Assembly: GCF_018350175.1 (NCBI RefSeq) | Contig: NC_058368.1 | Location: 203,920,001-203,984,000, forward strand | Direction of reading: 5' to 3' | Length of the DNA: 64,000 bases | DNA from: Felis catus | Lineage: Eukaryota | In this document: positions 11,796 through 23,627 of the stretch, one piece after another | Position numbering within the stretch: the first letter of the stretch is position 1 | Layout of the letters: each line of letters starts with the position of its first letter | The notes under the pieces: generated by a model | What the model saw: the letters and a program-made list of their open reading frames with translations, nothing else | The model's database searches: none | What the model was told of the DNA's origin: nothing | Program-made: the position numbers and the translations under genes

Positions 11796-12215
11796 GTAAT
11801 GAAGTATTATTCAGCCATAAAAAAAAAGAATGAAAGCTCGGCATTTGCAACAATATGGATGGATCCAGAGAGTATAATACTAAGTTAAATAAGTCAGCTA
11901 AAGAAAGACAAATACAATATGATTTCACGCATATGTGGATCTTAAGAAACAAAACAGTGAGCAAGGAGAAAAAAAAGAGAGAGAGAAAAACAAATCAAGA
12001 AACACTCTTAATTACAGAGAACAAACTGAGGGTTACCAGAGAAGAGGTAGGTGGGGGGATGGGTGAAATAGGTGAGGGGGATTAAGGAGTGCACTGGTCA
12101 TAATGAGCACCAGATGATGTATGGTATTGTAGAATCACTATGTTGTACACCTGAAACTATTATAATACTGTATATTAACTAGAATTAAAATGAAAGTTTT
12201 TTAATTAAAAAATAA
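11044..12215 (+). mobile_element. Forward 3' segment of the same L1 (ORF2 end, 3' UTR, A tail); contains a short SINE (11159-11265) and (GATA)n (11748-11795)
   Basis: KETINK..., [32 protein letters not shown]; 3' end tgtacacctgaaact. Confidence 0.92.
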
Positions 12216-12373
12216 AAATTCAACCTACTTTAGCAGTTTCTCACTGTATTGTTCTTATACTAAAGTAATATCTGCTATTCACATCTGTGACTCCAAGTGA
12301 TCAAAAAGAATTAAATCATCCTTCAAATGATAACCCTAGTTAGGTATGTGATGTATAATAATAAAAATGCCCA

Positions 12374-12595
12374 GGGGCACCTGGGTGGCTCAGTCGGTTA
12401 AGCATTAGACTTCGGTTCAGGTCAGGATCTCACGGTTCATGAGTGTGAGCCCTACATTGGGCTCTGTGCTAACAGCTCAGAGCCTGGATCCTGCTTCGGA
12501 TTCTGTGTCTCCCTCTCTCTCTGCCCATCCTAGCTCACAGTCTGTCTCTTGCTGCCTCTCAAAAATGAATAAATTTCAAACAACAATTTTGTTTA
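12374..12595 (+). mobile_element. Can-SINE
   Basis: Head, CT tract and tail; TSD aatgcc. Confidence 0.95.
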
Positions 12596-12743
12596 ATGCC
12601 TAAAGTTTAAAGCATTGACGTGTTAAATTTAACTTACAAGGAGCACTGCCTTAATTCTGCATATCACATCCCATACAAACAAGGTATTCACATACCAAAT
12701 GTTAACTATTCAGAAAATGAACTTTTTGTCTAAAATATCTTAC

Positions 12744-12860
12744 TTATCCTTTGTAAATTTTTATCTTGATGGCGACTTTGAAACTGCTCATTACAAGCTC
12801 TTTGTAAGATCTCATCTTGAATCATTTTGGCACTCCTAAAAGTCATCATTTCTTCAGTAT
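12744..12860 (-). CDS. Candidate coding exon ((D)TEEMMTFRSAKMIQDEILQRACNEQFQSRHQDKNLQRI), unknown product
   Basis: ccacttccag acceptor, gtaaga donor, 117 nt, phase 1 to 1, open frame in non-repeat AT-rich DNA. Confidence 0.35.
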
Positions 12861-12992
12861 CTGGAAGTGGTTTAATGTAGATTTCAAGTTCCCAAGGCAA
12901 TACTTTTATTCAGAACCCATTCAATAGGTAATAATAAATGTTAGACATCAATGATATACCATGTAAGCTTGGCAGCCACCAAGAAGTTTTAC

Positions 12993-13120
12993 CATCCAAG
13001 AACATTGCTTCGACGATGTCTATGTTTTGTGGAAGAACTGCCTCATCTTTTCCCAACAAATTACTCCTTCTCTGCATCCATGTTATTCTCCCTTTAGATA
13101 GTTGGGAGGCAATATTTTTT
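12993..13120 (-). CDS. Candidate coding exon (KNIASQLSKGRITWMQRRSNLLGKDEAVLPQNIDIVEAMFLD), unknown product
   Basis: Long T tract then ccacag acceptor, G|gtaaaa donor, 128 nt, phase 2 to 1, in frame with the next candidate. Confidence 0.3.
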
Positions 13121-15719
13121 CTGTGGCTTACATTAAAAAAAAAAACAAAAAAAACCCTCTCAATGATGTAAAAGAAAAAAAATTAAAATTCATTTTAATT
13201 TTACTTTATCAAACAATATATTGTTTCCAACACAAATTGCCCCCCAAATTTCTTGCCTCAAAGAAAAGAATCAACAATCCTTGGAGCATTAATAGTGAAT
13301 TCTCAATGGGTCTGCCCAACAAAGCGGTTTCTCCCCAAATGAAACAGCAAAACTTCAGTTTGAGACTCTTCACAGCTATGCTGACCCACCTGGAAAGAGA
13401 CTTAGCCAACAAACAAACAAACAAACAAACAAATGGGCATTACATCACGGAACCTACCAGAATGATCTGTGTCATTATCTCATGGTGACCCTTGTCACAT
13501 GATTGCTTCTCAGACAGTAAGGGCTTTCTCAATCATTAGACACCATTTCTTAGTTATTAAGTTTATCATGTGATAGAATTCTCTGAGTACAATTGTGTTG
13601 ATATTTAGTTCAGTGTTACCAAAATTGTTCTACAATTTCTGTAGGCCTTCTTTATTTTGGATTACAAAAAATTTTAATTTAATTCCATAAATAATTTAAT
13701 TCAATAATGTGACCATAATTGTCTCTTCTCCAAAGTTGCCCATATATATGCACATCTATGTGAATGAAATTCCTATAGAAACCCTCAATATTCAAATGTC
13801 TCATACCATTATCTTATATGAAGTCCAAGACTACCAACAAAAATTTAATTAAGATGTATATATACACATGTGTATGCAAATACATTTGCATGTGTAGGTA
13901 TATACTTTTCTCTAGAAAGAAAAAAAAGCTATGGAAAACTACTACTTCTGTTCTAATTGTTCTTTTACATGATCTGATTTTTTTTAATTTTTCTACACAG
14001 TGTTATTACTTTTGTAATATAAAAATACAAGTTTTATACTTTTAAAAAAAGCTAAAAATTTAGTTGTGCCTGTCATAGTGCTAAGCAATGTACAGGCAGA
14101 ATAAAATAATTAGATCATCTATCAAAAAACAATCATATATTTTCCACACCTTTAACCTCACATGTTTAGAAAGGAATAAGGATAACCTGTCCAAGATCCA
14201 TCTCCCGCAGACGACCTTCCAGAGAGAAGGCTGGCACCCCACAAAGCTCCGTGGAAACTGACTATGGCCAGGGGCTTAAAACAATTCAAAATGGTCAACA
14301 ACAAGATTTGGACTCCAGCTCCCCATCAGGTCAGGAAAAAGACTTCAGGGAGGATGATGCTAACCTGGCTCCGAGTTTACCACCTCATACATCTGCAACT
14401 TCACTGCTTGGACCCCAGAACCCAGATCGCTCCAGGAGAGGCTGGTGTGCTGCACCGAGAGCCCCTAACGTGAGCTGGCAGTTAAGAACTGGAGATAGGT
14501 TCTGCAATGTCATACTGCTGCGGTACCCCAGTTCCTAATCACAGGGAAGGTGTGTGCTTCCCTAACCATGCAGCTCAATTATCCCACAGGATCAGGGTCC
14601 CCCTCCAGAAGATGTTCATAGATACATTTGAGGAAATGAATGAAACATAATGTAGGTGATTTATGTTTGCCATGCACCCAGACCAGGGGTGGAAACTGGA
14701 ACATGAAGGCAGCTTTACAAAAATATTTCTCTAGCTTAACCCCCACCTGTTTCACAAAAACTCTAATCTCCTTCCAATTCCTCCCAAACAGATCTGGGAG
14801 TCCACTAATCTTGTCTAGTAGGTTCTCTGCTAGTCCCTGTCTATACTTTATATAAATTTTTCTTCCGCCCCATTATAATAGCAAAAGAGCAGCCTGCAAC
14901 CCCAAGGTACTGTTGTTGCTGGTTGAGTTCTTTACTCCACTGAGGTCAGAGTAGTGATGTTCAGGCTAGCTCCCTGCGCACCAACAATGCTGCAAGTACA
15001 CTCAGAAGAGAGAAAAAGAAGAAGATCCCAGAGTTCAACATGTGGACTGCATGAGGTTGAATGTTTCCAAACTGTAATGGATTCACTGGAGATGGATATG
15101 AACCAAACAAGTGTCATATTTATTCTTAGGCAATTGCTACCAGAGATAAATGGATAAAGAAGACAAACTCTTGTCCTTAAGGCATGATCTGGCAAAGAGA
15201 GCTAATATATGCCATAAACACAAGAAGACTATGCGTGAAGCCTCATTAAGGGAGGTACACAGACTTGTGGAAGTTCACAACAGAAAGAGGGCATTTCCCA
15301 ACCATGAGAATCAAGGAAAGTTGAATGGAGAACACAGACTTTGAACATAGATGAAAGAGGGCCTCCCTGAAAGAGCAACAGCCTACGGTCTACAGTGCCT
15401 GCACCCTAGAGCACATATTGGTAAATGGTAGAAACATATCCCAGAAAAGTATGCTGGACCAGATCCTTGAATCTGATGTAAGATGATTTACATGTGCCCT
15501 CAACCATTAGATCCTATGTCCTCCCCTGGGCTAACAACCTATCAGCCCTCTGCTGCCAACCAGCCTCATTCTCCCTTCTCCCCTCCCTTCACACTCCATA
15601 TTCCAGCCAGACCATTTGGTTCCCTGAAGGCGTCCCATTCTCCCAGACCAGCAGACCTGTACACACGCTATCCTCTCTTTCTAGAACACATTCCACCCTT
15701 CTCCTTCTCCCAGCCCCAT

Positions 15720-16030
15720 TTACTTCTATCCTAGCTAACCCACACTTGTTCCTCAGGCCCAACTTAAACTGGACTTTTCTCAAGAAGCCTTGTCTGATCA
15801 CTAATTCTCAGATAGGTCTGCTTTTTACACCTGTGTGCCTCTCATCACACTGTTCTTTAGGTACCTATTTGTGTTCTGCCCATCTGTAAGCACCCCCCCC
15901 CCAAGAGCAATGACTGTGTCTTTCTCATTCATCATTTTATCCCCAGTGCCTAACACAATGTCTGACATAGAGTAACTGCAATAAGTAATTCTTGACCAAA
16001 TGAGTAAATGGATAATAAATGACAAAATAA
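15720..16030 (+). mobile_element. L2 3' end fragment
   Basis: tatccccagtgcctaacacaatgtctgacatagagta...aataagta..ttg..aaatga L2 terminus. Confidence 0.7.
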
Positions 16031-16979
16031 TATTTTTGACTAATCAAGCTATTTTAAAAATATATAGAAACTGGAGTAATTGATAGCAATGGATATTTCA
16101 GTGCTTATTCAACAATATCTCTGAAAACATGAAACATTTTATTGATGATGTGTGTTTCATGAGTAGGTGGTTATGTAACAAATACTATTTGCTAGAGGAA
16201 AAATTCCATTAGGTTGCCAAGTTTCTTAACTCCATGCATCCTATCTCAGAGCTTTAATAAGCTATCTCTGACTATGTGGTAATGACTGCAAAAGATAAAA
16301 TTCTGCCTGTGATTTCATATTTCAGAAATCTTCAGTGAGGTACCACGGTTAAAACGTCTCTCTCCTCAAACTCCCATCTCCCAGGGCTGGTACAATTATA
16401 TGGACTTAAAATTTATGAATGTTTTCAAAAATATGAAGAACTTGAAGAATAACAAATTTGACATGGTGCATAGAGATATCTAGATATGCCTGAGACTTTT
16501 AAAACTGATATCATGATACTTTGTCATGACACTTTTTAAACTGGATAACAGAATGAAATAGAAAAAGCAAAGAAAAATTCAGAATGACTTCTGCCAAAAG
16601 GAGAAAAGTATACAGCTTTTTTTTAAGTGTTCAACTATCAAATAATAGCTTATAGTTAAGAAAAAGAAGCGTGCTGCTTTAGAAAAGGAATACAGCGCTT
16701 ATATAAGGTTGAAAGGCCTACAGAGAAAGCTATTTCAACCTGGAATTGAATGCTACCCCTGGACCCAAGAAAGAAAAACTAAATGACCAGAGAATTAAGT
16801 CTACCATACTCAGGTAGCCAATTTCAGAAACAAACCAAGAACCACAGACCGCCATACAAGAATTTGTGTAAATGACACGGTATAACAGAATGAGGCTGTG
16901 TATTTGAAACTTACACAGGTTGTTTATAAAGTTTATATAGCTCAATATCTCCACAAACAACAGCAAAGGTTATTATACA

Positions 16980-17100
16980 TAGGGGTCAATATAACTTCTC
17001 ATTCAAATTGGAACACTTTTAAGAGTATAAGGGGGTGATACTAAAATTAAACTAGCAGTTAAACTGAAACAACCTCAAACTGAGATGTAGAGCCAATCTA
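16980..17100. mobile_element. hAT-Blackjack MITE (MER94-like)
   Basis: Degenerate match: tagggg tcaatataa..caaattggaacactttt..agagt..aagggg. Confidence 0.55.
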
Positions 17101-17589
17101 ATCATACATTAAACCCCTGTATTATGCCAGAGAAACATTTCAAAGAAAGGATACCAAAGGTGAAATCTTCAGAGGAAAAATACACCTTCTTTGAGGAGGG
17201 GGATACAAGTTACCCAAGCAGCAGAGAATCAGAGAGCCTTCTGCTCAGGAGCTGACCTGGATGCATGCGTAATATCCTATATTAATTGGGCAGCCACAAT
17301 ATTCGCACAACTTATAAATAATTTGCTGACATTTCTCAATATTCTTATGCCCTTTCATTGTTTCTAAGTTAATAACGTCTATGAAATTTTAAGATCTTAA
17401 TTGTCAGGAATTTTGTTCAGCTTCCTACAGACAGGCTTAGCCTGTGTTGCTACTGCATAATGCACACAGGGGAATATGAAGATTACTTCCATTTCTGAAG
17501 AAATCTCTTGTTACAGCTCATGCATTAAGCAACATCATTTTCTTAAGTGTGGCATATTATGCATGGTGATGCAGCACAGATATCTTTGG

Positions 17590-18915
17590 AATATGTATAG
17601 GTCAGAGTCCCGACAGGATTATGGCACATTCAAAAGGAGTGAATTATCTGAGGGTAAGGGCCACTTTCAAAGGTGGGCAAGGTGAAAGGCAACAACAGGG
17701 ATGATAAAAACACCCTAAGGCCAAGTGAAATAAGCCATACAGAGAACAAATATAGTATGATTTTACTTATGTGTAGAACCTAAAAAACAAAACAAAACAT
17801 AGAAACAGATTCATAAATACAGAGAACTGGTGGCTGCCGGACAGGAGGGGAGGTGGGGGATGGCCAAAATAGATAAAAGGGATTAACAAGTACAAACTTC
17901 CAGTTATAAAATAGTTAAGTCGCAAGGATATAAAGTACAGCAAAGGGAATATAGTCAATAATATTGTAATGACTTTTGGGAAGCCTGGGTGGCTCAGTCG
18001 GTTAAGCGTCCGACTTTGGCTCAGGTCATGATCTCACAGTTTGTGAGTTTGAACCTCACGTCAGGCTCTGTGCTGACAGCTCAGAGCCTGAAGCCTGCTT
18101 CAGATTCTCTGTCTCCCTCTCTCTCTCTGCTCCTCCCCCACCGATGCTCTCTCTCTGTCTCTCAAAAAAAAATGAATAAACATTTAAAAAATTGATATAT
18201 ATAATATATATGTGTACATATATATTATGTATGTATAATATATAATATATATGTACACATATATATGTATAATATATATAATATATATGTACATATATAT
18301 TATATATATTATACATATATATGTGTACATATATATTATATATTATGTACATATGTACATATATACATGTATGTACATATATATTATATATAATATATAT
18401 ATATACAGTAATGATTTTGTATGCTAATAGATGGTAACTAGACTTACCATGGTGATCATTTCATAATGTATATAAATGTCGAATCACTATACTGTACACC
18501 TGAAACTAATATAATACTGCATGTCAACTATACTTCAATTTTTTTAAAAACCCTGAGACCGCTACCACCCCTAGACTTGAAAGGGTAAGGGAAAAGAGAC
18601 ATTATAGGAACTTGGAGAAAGCTGTAACTATAGTAGGAGAGACCTACCAGACAGGAGCCACGGCCTTTGGTAGAGGAACAAAGACTCTGCCAACCCACAG
18701 CCCTGCAGGGAAGAAACTGTGGAATAAACATCCCAAACTCCCTTTCCTCCAGCCATCTAGTTAATCTCCTTACTGGTACTTCTCTGAGGCGTAAGCCATA
18801 GGTCAAGGGTGCCCACCTGATAAAAATCCAGAGATCAGCCTCTTGAGTGACAGAAGAGTGGAGAAGACTGAAGAGTGGACCTAGAGAGACAAATGGAGAA
18901 TCCATTCTATCCAGC
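17590..18915 (-). mobile_element. ERVL LTR (LTR33-like), split by an L1 insertion
   Basis: Reverse complement begins tgctggata...tccatttgtctctctaggtccactc; the two halves flank the L1 at 17723-18550. Confidence 0.65.
17723..18550 (+). mobile_element. L1 3' UTR fragment containing a Can-SINE (17979-18192) and a TA-rich expansion (18195-18410)
   Basis: aagtgaaataagcc...tgtacacctgaaactaatataatactg..tgtcaactatacttcaatt; degenerate TSD aaa(c)accct(a/g)ag. Confidence 0.85.
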
Positions 18916-19849
18916 AGAATTTAACTGAATACTGTAGAAGATTGTATTTCTAAAGTCTAGATAGGTCATATACATCCTTTAAGTTTGTAAGTGAAAACTA
19001 AGAGCATTCTGATCTTCACAGGGGTGCCAGAAATAGAGCAAATATTATCAGTATTATACTTGCTTTATGGAAAAAGAAATACCAGACAGAGAGGAGAAAT
19101 TACTTGCCTAAATCACCCAAAAATTATTTAGTGAATGCCACTGTGCCCAAGGACTTGACAGAGAACTGATTATTTCCTAAGCCTCGCTTCTACCTCTAAA
19201 CCCAGAGATCTTTCCATTTGGCGTTAACAACATAATCTTGTATATTCCCCAATATATGGCAGAAAGAGACTAAAAATGAATTATACAAACACATACCAAA
19301 AGAGATTCACAAAATGAAGGCACTGTCTTTGCCTTTCAGGGGCTCCTAGTTTATGGACAGAAAAAGACCACCACTTGGAAAAATGTGGGAAGACTATCAG
19401 TCAGTCAATGCACATTCCTCCAGCACCTACTATGTACTAAATGCCATGTACATAAAACTGGTGTGGCTGCAATTAGCAACTTTATTTTTGTGGTCATTTT
19501 CCATAATGGCTTGTGGTTTATGATCCTCAAAACTAATGGCAAGTTTTCAAGACTCTGACTCACAACAAAATAATGGTTGACACAACAGAGTGTGAGTGGG
19601 CCAATGTAACATTGAAAAGCTCATCCTAGGTAAGTATCCACCCTACGTCCCTCCATATAGAACCCTGTTGTCAGTCTCAAGATCTGGTGGTAGCAATAGT
19701 AGCAAAATTGGCACAAAATCAAGTGATGATAGATGTTGCTTTCTGCCTTAAGCACAGACATAGAAATCCAATGACCACTTAAAAACAGTAAAGAATGAGA
19801 ATGAGTATACATATTACCCAGGATCTTACATGAGACAGAGACTGCTCTG

Positions 19850-20170
19850 TGTTTACCAAAAGCTAATCCTTCTTCTCCTGGATGCACAAGCAGACCACAC
19901 TTTCTACTCTTCCTATAATTAGATGAGGCCATAGAACTGAGTTCTGGCCAATGTAGCAGAAGTGATTTGCTTCACTTTTAGCCTGGCCCATACAACCTCC
20001 AGAGATCCTCTACTCTCCTTCTTTTCCCATCTGCCAGTTCATTATCAGTGTCCAGGAGACACTGGAAACCCTGATTGAAGATGGTGGAAACATCAGCCTG
20101 AATCCAAGATGGTGGAAACAACAGCCTGAATCCTTGATTGACTATATGGAATAGCCGTACCCCACCCTGT
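19850..20170 (+). mobile_element. MLT1J-like MaLR LTR fragment
   Basis: gaggccatagaactgagttctggccaatg motif; includes a 28-bp tandem duplication. Confidence 0.6.
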
Positions 20171-21176
20171 CCACCCACACACAGCAAATGATTCAGTGAA
20201 ATTAACGAGGTTACTACAATAACCTTAGGAATACACCATCTCTCAAGTGTAAGCACTCTTAGCATTTTATGTGCAGATATGGATATATAGTTCCCAAAAG
20301 TATACCCTATTTTCCACATTGTTGTGGATGTAGTCTTTTTACTTGATACTACATTGTGAACAATTCCCCCATATTCATAGAATTCTGCAATATTACAATG
20401 TTCAATGACCCTATAATATTTCAAGCTGTAGCTATATCATGCTTTCAACTTTTCACTTTTTTATATAATTTCCATTTTTAATATTAATTAAATATACAGC
20501 ACTGATAGAACTTTGTGACCTTATCACGAAAAAGATCATTCCTTTATCTTAGTTATGTGCTGACCTACAGCTGCCTTCCAGAGTAACAGACTACTGATTT
20601 TTGTGCTCTTCAACCCCATACAAGTTAGTATCTTTCTTTGAGTTTGTTCCATAAGATAAACCTTTCTCACAGCCCATAGAAAGATACCCTGTGAAAGTTA
20701 ATAAATGTCCAAAATAAAAGGACTGGTGTGAATCATCAGACACTAGCATCCAGTCACTGACTGCTCTGTGACCTCTATTATCATGAAAAAATGATTAATT
20801 TCTTTGCTATAAATTGATGATGGTAAATCATAAACAAAATATAAATCTATTGGGAGACCTATCTAATTTTCCCCTTCCAAAGGGAACATGTCCATATAAT
20901 TAACTGAGTTAACCGAACACTACCTATTTTTTCACTTTCTTTACTAAAAGGATAAACATAATCTCCTTTTGGAAGCTTGTGAGGGTAAGCGTTAGGAAAT
21001 GTCTCAATGGAATAAATTCAAAAGAAAATGAGTATTGTTGGATTGTATTTTATATAGCGCATGGTTGCAATGGGACAGAAAATAGAGGCACTCTCAAAAT
21101 GCATAAGGTGATACAACCCTTGAAAATTATTTAAGTCAAGAAGATAAAAGTTTTTCTATAGCTTCAAAAACTGCTA

Positions 21177-21400
21177 GGGGCACCTGGGTGGCTCAGTCAG
21201 TTGATTGTCCGTCTTCGGCTCAGGTTATGATCTCACTGTCAGTGAGTTCAAGCCCCGCATCTGGCTCTGAGCTGACAGCTCAGAGCCTGGAGCCTGTTTC
21301 AGATTGTGTCTCCCTCTCTCTCTGCCCCTCCCCCACTCATGCTGAGTCTGTCTCTCTCTCTCTCTGTCAAAAATAAACATTAAAAAAAATTTTTTTTAAA
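21177..21400 (+). mobile_element. Can-SINE
   Basis: Head, CT tract and tail. Confidence 0.95.
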
Positions 21401-21714
21401 TGCTGACAAATCAGAGTTAATATTTCAGCGTAATTTCACTTTATACAGCAGTATAACCTTGAGATAATTTTCCTAGCAAGATTTCCTAAAATAAAAAATG
21501 TAACATAATTACGACACAATCTTGATTTAAAATCTGATCGTTACGTTTTGTGTGTATATTATCCAGATTCTGTGATACATGATTATTTTAAGATACAAAT
21601 ATTTTTAAGAAACTGTGGGGGAAAAAAGATCTAAACTCAATGACATCCATCAGAGGAAGCTACGTCTTTTGGTATTTCCCTGCCTCTTTGTGAGAATCAT
21701 GATTAACATAGAAA

Positions 21715-21930
21715 GTTTATGATATCTGGAATCAGTATTAGCTTTGAAATCTGTCTCTTCTATTTATTAACTATGTGAACTTCAGCTATTCATTTTACTC
21801 CTCTTGGTTACTATTTCTATAAAATGACTGAATACTCATGTCACAGGAATTATTGTTAATATTTCATTTGATACCATATATAAAGAAACTAGCATAGTAC
21901 CTGGAACAGAGTAAATGGTCAGCAGCTGTT
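21715..21930 (+). mobile_element. MIR fragment
   Basis: Degenerate MIR core (ctatgtgaactt..., tataaaatg..., agcatagtacctggaacagagtaa). Confidence 0.6.
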
Positions 21931-22029
21931 GGTTCTTTTCCCCCCACTATGTATCTCTCTAATACTGTAGTGCTTTTTCTTCAGCTGGACTTTGTTATCA
22001 CTGAATAATTTGTATGGTATCCAGTTACA

Positions 22030-23458
22030 ATTCTCTTACTCATTTATCCGTCTTACTTATATCTGTCCTATGTCTACTGTGTTCCTGGAACTGTTTTAGG
22101 TGCTAAGGATTAACCAGTGAACAAAACAGACCAAAAAAATAATAATAATAAAATCTGAACTTTATGAAACTTATATGCTCAAAGAGGAAAATAGGGTTTG
22201 TTTGTTTTTTCAAGTAAAGAATATGGTAAAACATCTGAGTATAAGTGGTATGGAGAAAAGCACAGCAAGAAAGAGTAACAAAGAATTCTGGGACTCACTG
22301 TAGTTGCAATTTTAAATAAAATGATCAGGGGCGCCTGGGTGGCTCATTCAGTTAAGCATCCGATCCTTTATTTCAGCTCAGGTCATGATTTCACAGTTCG
22401 TGAGTTTTAGCCCTGAGTTAGGCTCTTTGCTGACAGCATGGAGCCTGCTTGGGATTCTCTCTCTCCCCTTCTCTCTGCCCCTCCACATCACATGTTCCTA
22501 CGCATGTGTGTGTATGTGTGTGCATTTGCACACACGCACATGCATACATGCTCTTCACTCTCTCTCTCAAAATAAATAAACTTAAAAAAAGACTTAAGAT
22601 GGACAGAGTAGGCTTCACTGAGAAGGATAAATTTCTACAAATACTGGAATAAAATGAGGAAGAGACATTGGAATATCTGGAAGAATATTCCAGGTAGAGG
22701 AAAGAGCAAATATAAAGGGCTTAAGACAGGAGCCAGTCGGGCATATGAGAAAAGTAGCAAGGCGAGGGATGGTGTGTCATGAATGGACGGGAGACTGGCA
22801 GGTCAGAATGGAGGATACATCATCTATAGCCTTCTAGACCATTGTAATAGCTCTGGATTTTACTCTGAGTTAAATGGTAGCAACTGAAAATTGACCAGAT
22901 TGTGTCAGGAGTAGAAGAAAGGTGACATTGTTGACCATTTTGCCATATTCTCAGTGAAAAATAATGGTGGTCTGAACAAGATAATAGCAGTGGGGACAGT
23001 GAGAAGTTGTCAAATTCTGATGTTTTAAAGGCAGAGCTACTGGGATTTGCTGACAGATTATATGCAGGATGTGAGATCTCCAAAAGGAACAGACAAGGGT
23101 GACATGTAAGCTTTTGGACGTAGCAGCTGGAAGGATGAATTGCTTTTTACTGAGGAAAACTGTGAAAGGAGAAGTTTGGGAAGGGAAAAACAAGAGTTTG
23201 GTTTCATACATGTGAAGTCTGGGATATGTACTAGACATTCTAGAGGACGTGTCAAGAAGTCACCTGGGTAAAAGAGTCTAGAATTAAAGACAAAATTCTG
23301 GCATAATAAAAACCTAGGATTCAAGAATTTATAGATGATTTTGAAAGTCACGAAAATAGATGTAATCTCCAATCAGAAGCCAGCATAGACAGGGCAAAAA
23401 AGAGATCCAGGGCTGAGCCATAAAGCAGCCAGTGTTTAAAAGTTGGGCAGATGACGAG
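22030..23458 (-). mobile_element. L2 (left part), containing a Can-SINE at 22328-22592
   Basis: Starts at the L2 3' end (gtctactgtgttcctggaactgttttaggtgct) and continues as purine-rich L2 antisense sequence; resumes at about 32831. Confidence 0.8.
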
Positions 23459-23627
23459 TGAGTGATTTTTTTTCTTACACCAACCCATTCTCCTAGTCTC
23501 CAACACCAAATATGTGTCCTACAATTCAATTCAATTCTCACACTAACTACCCAGAGTTAGCATCAGACTCCATGGGTTCAAGAGCTCAATCCCACAAGAC
23601 TGCCCTCACTTCAGACACCAGTTCCCA
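23459..23627 (-). mobile_element. MER21C-like ERVL 3' LTR remnant
   Basis: Direct paralog of 32051-32205 (tgagtg..., cacaagact.ccctcacttcagacacca). Confidence 0.85.

Noticed and set aside
16915..16950. Possible extra minus exon (DIELYKLYKQP) ending at a gtaagt donor, in phase with 13120
   Set aside because: Poor acceptor (gtggag) and an upstream in-frame stop
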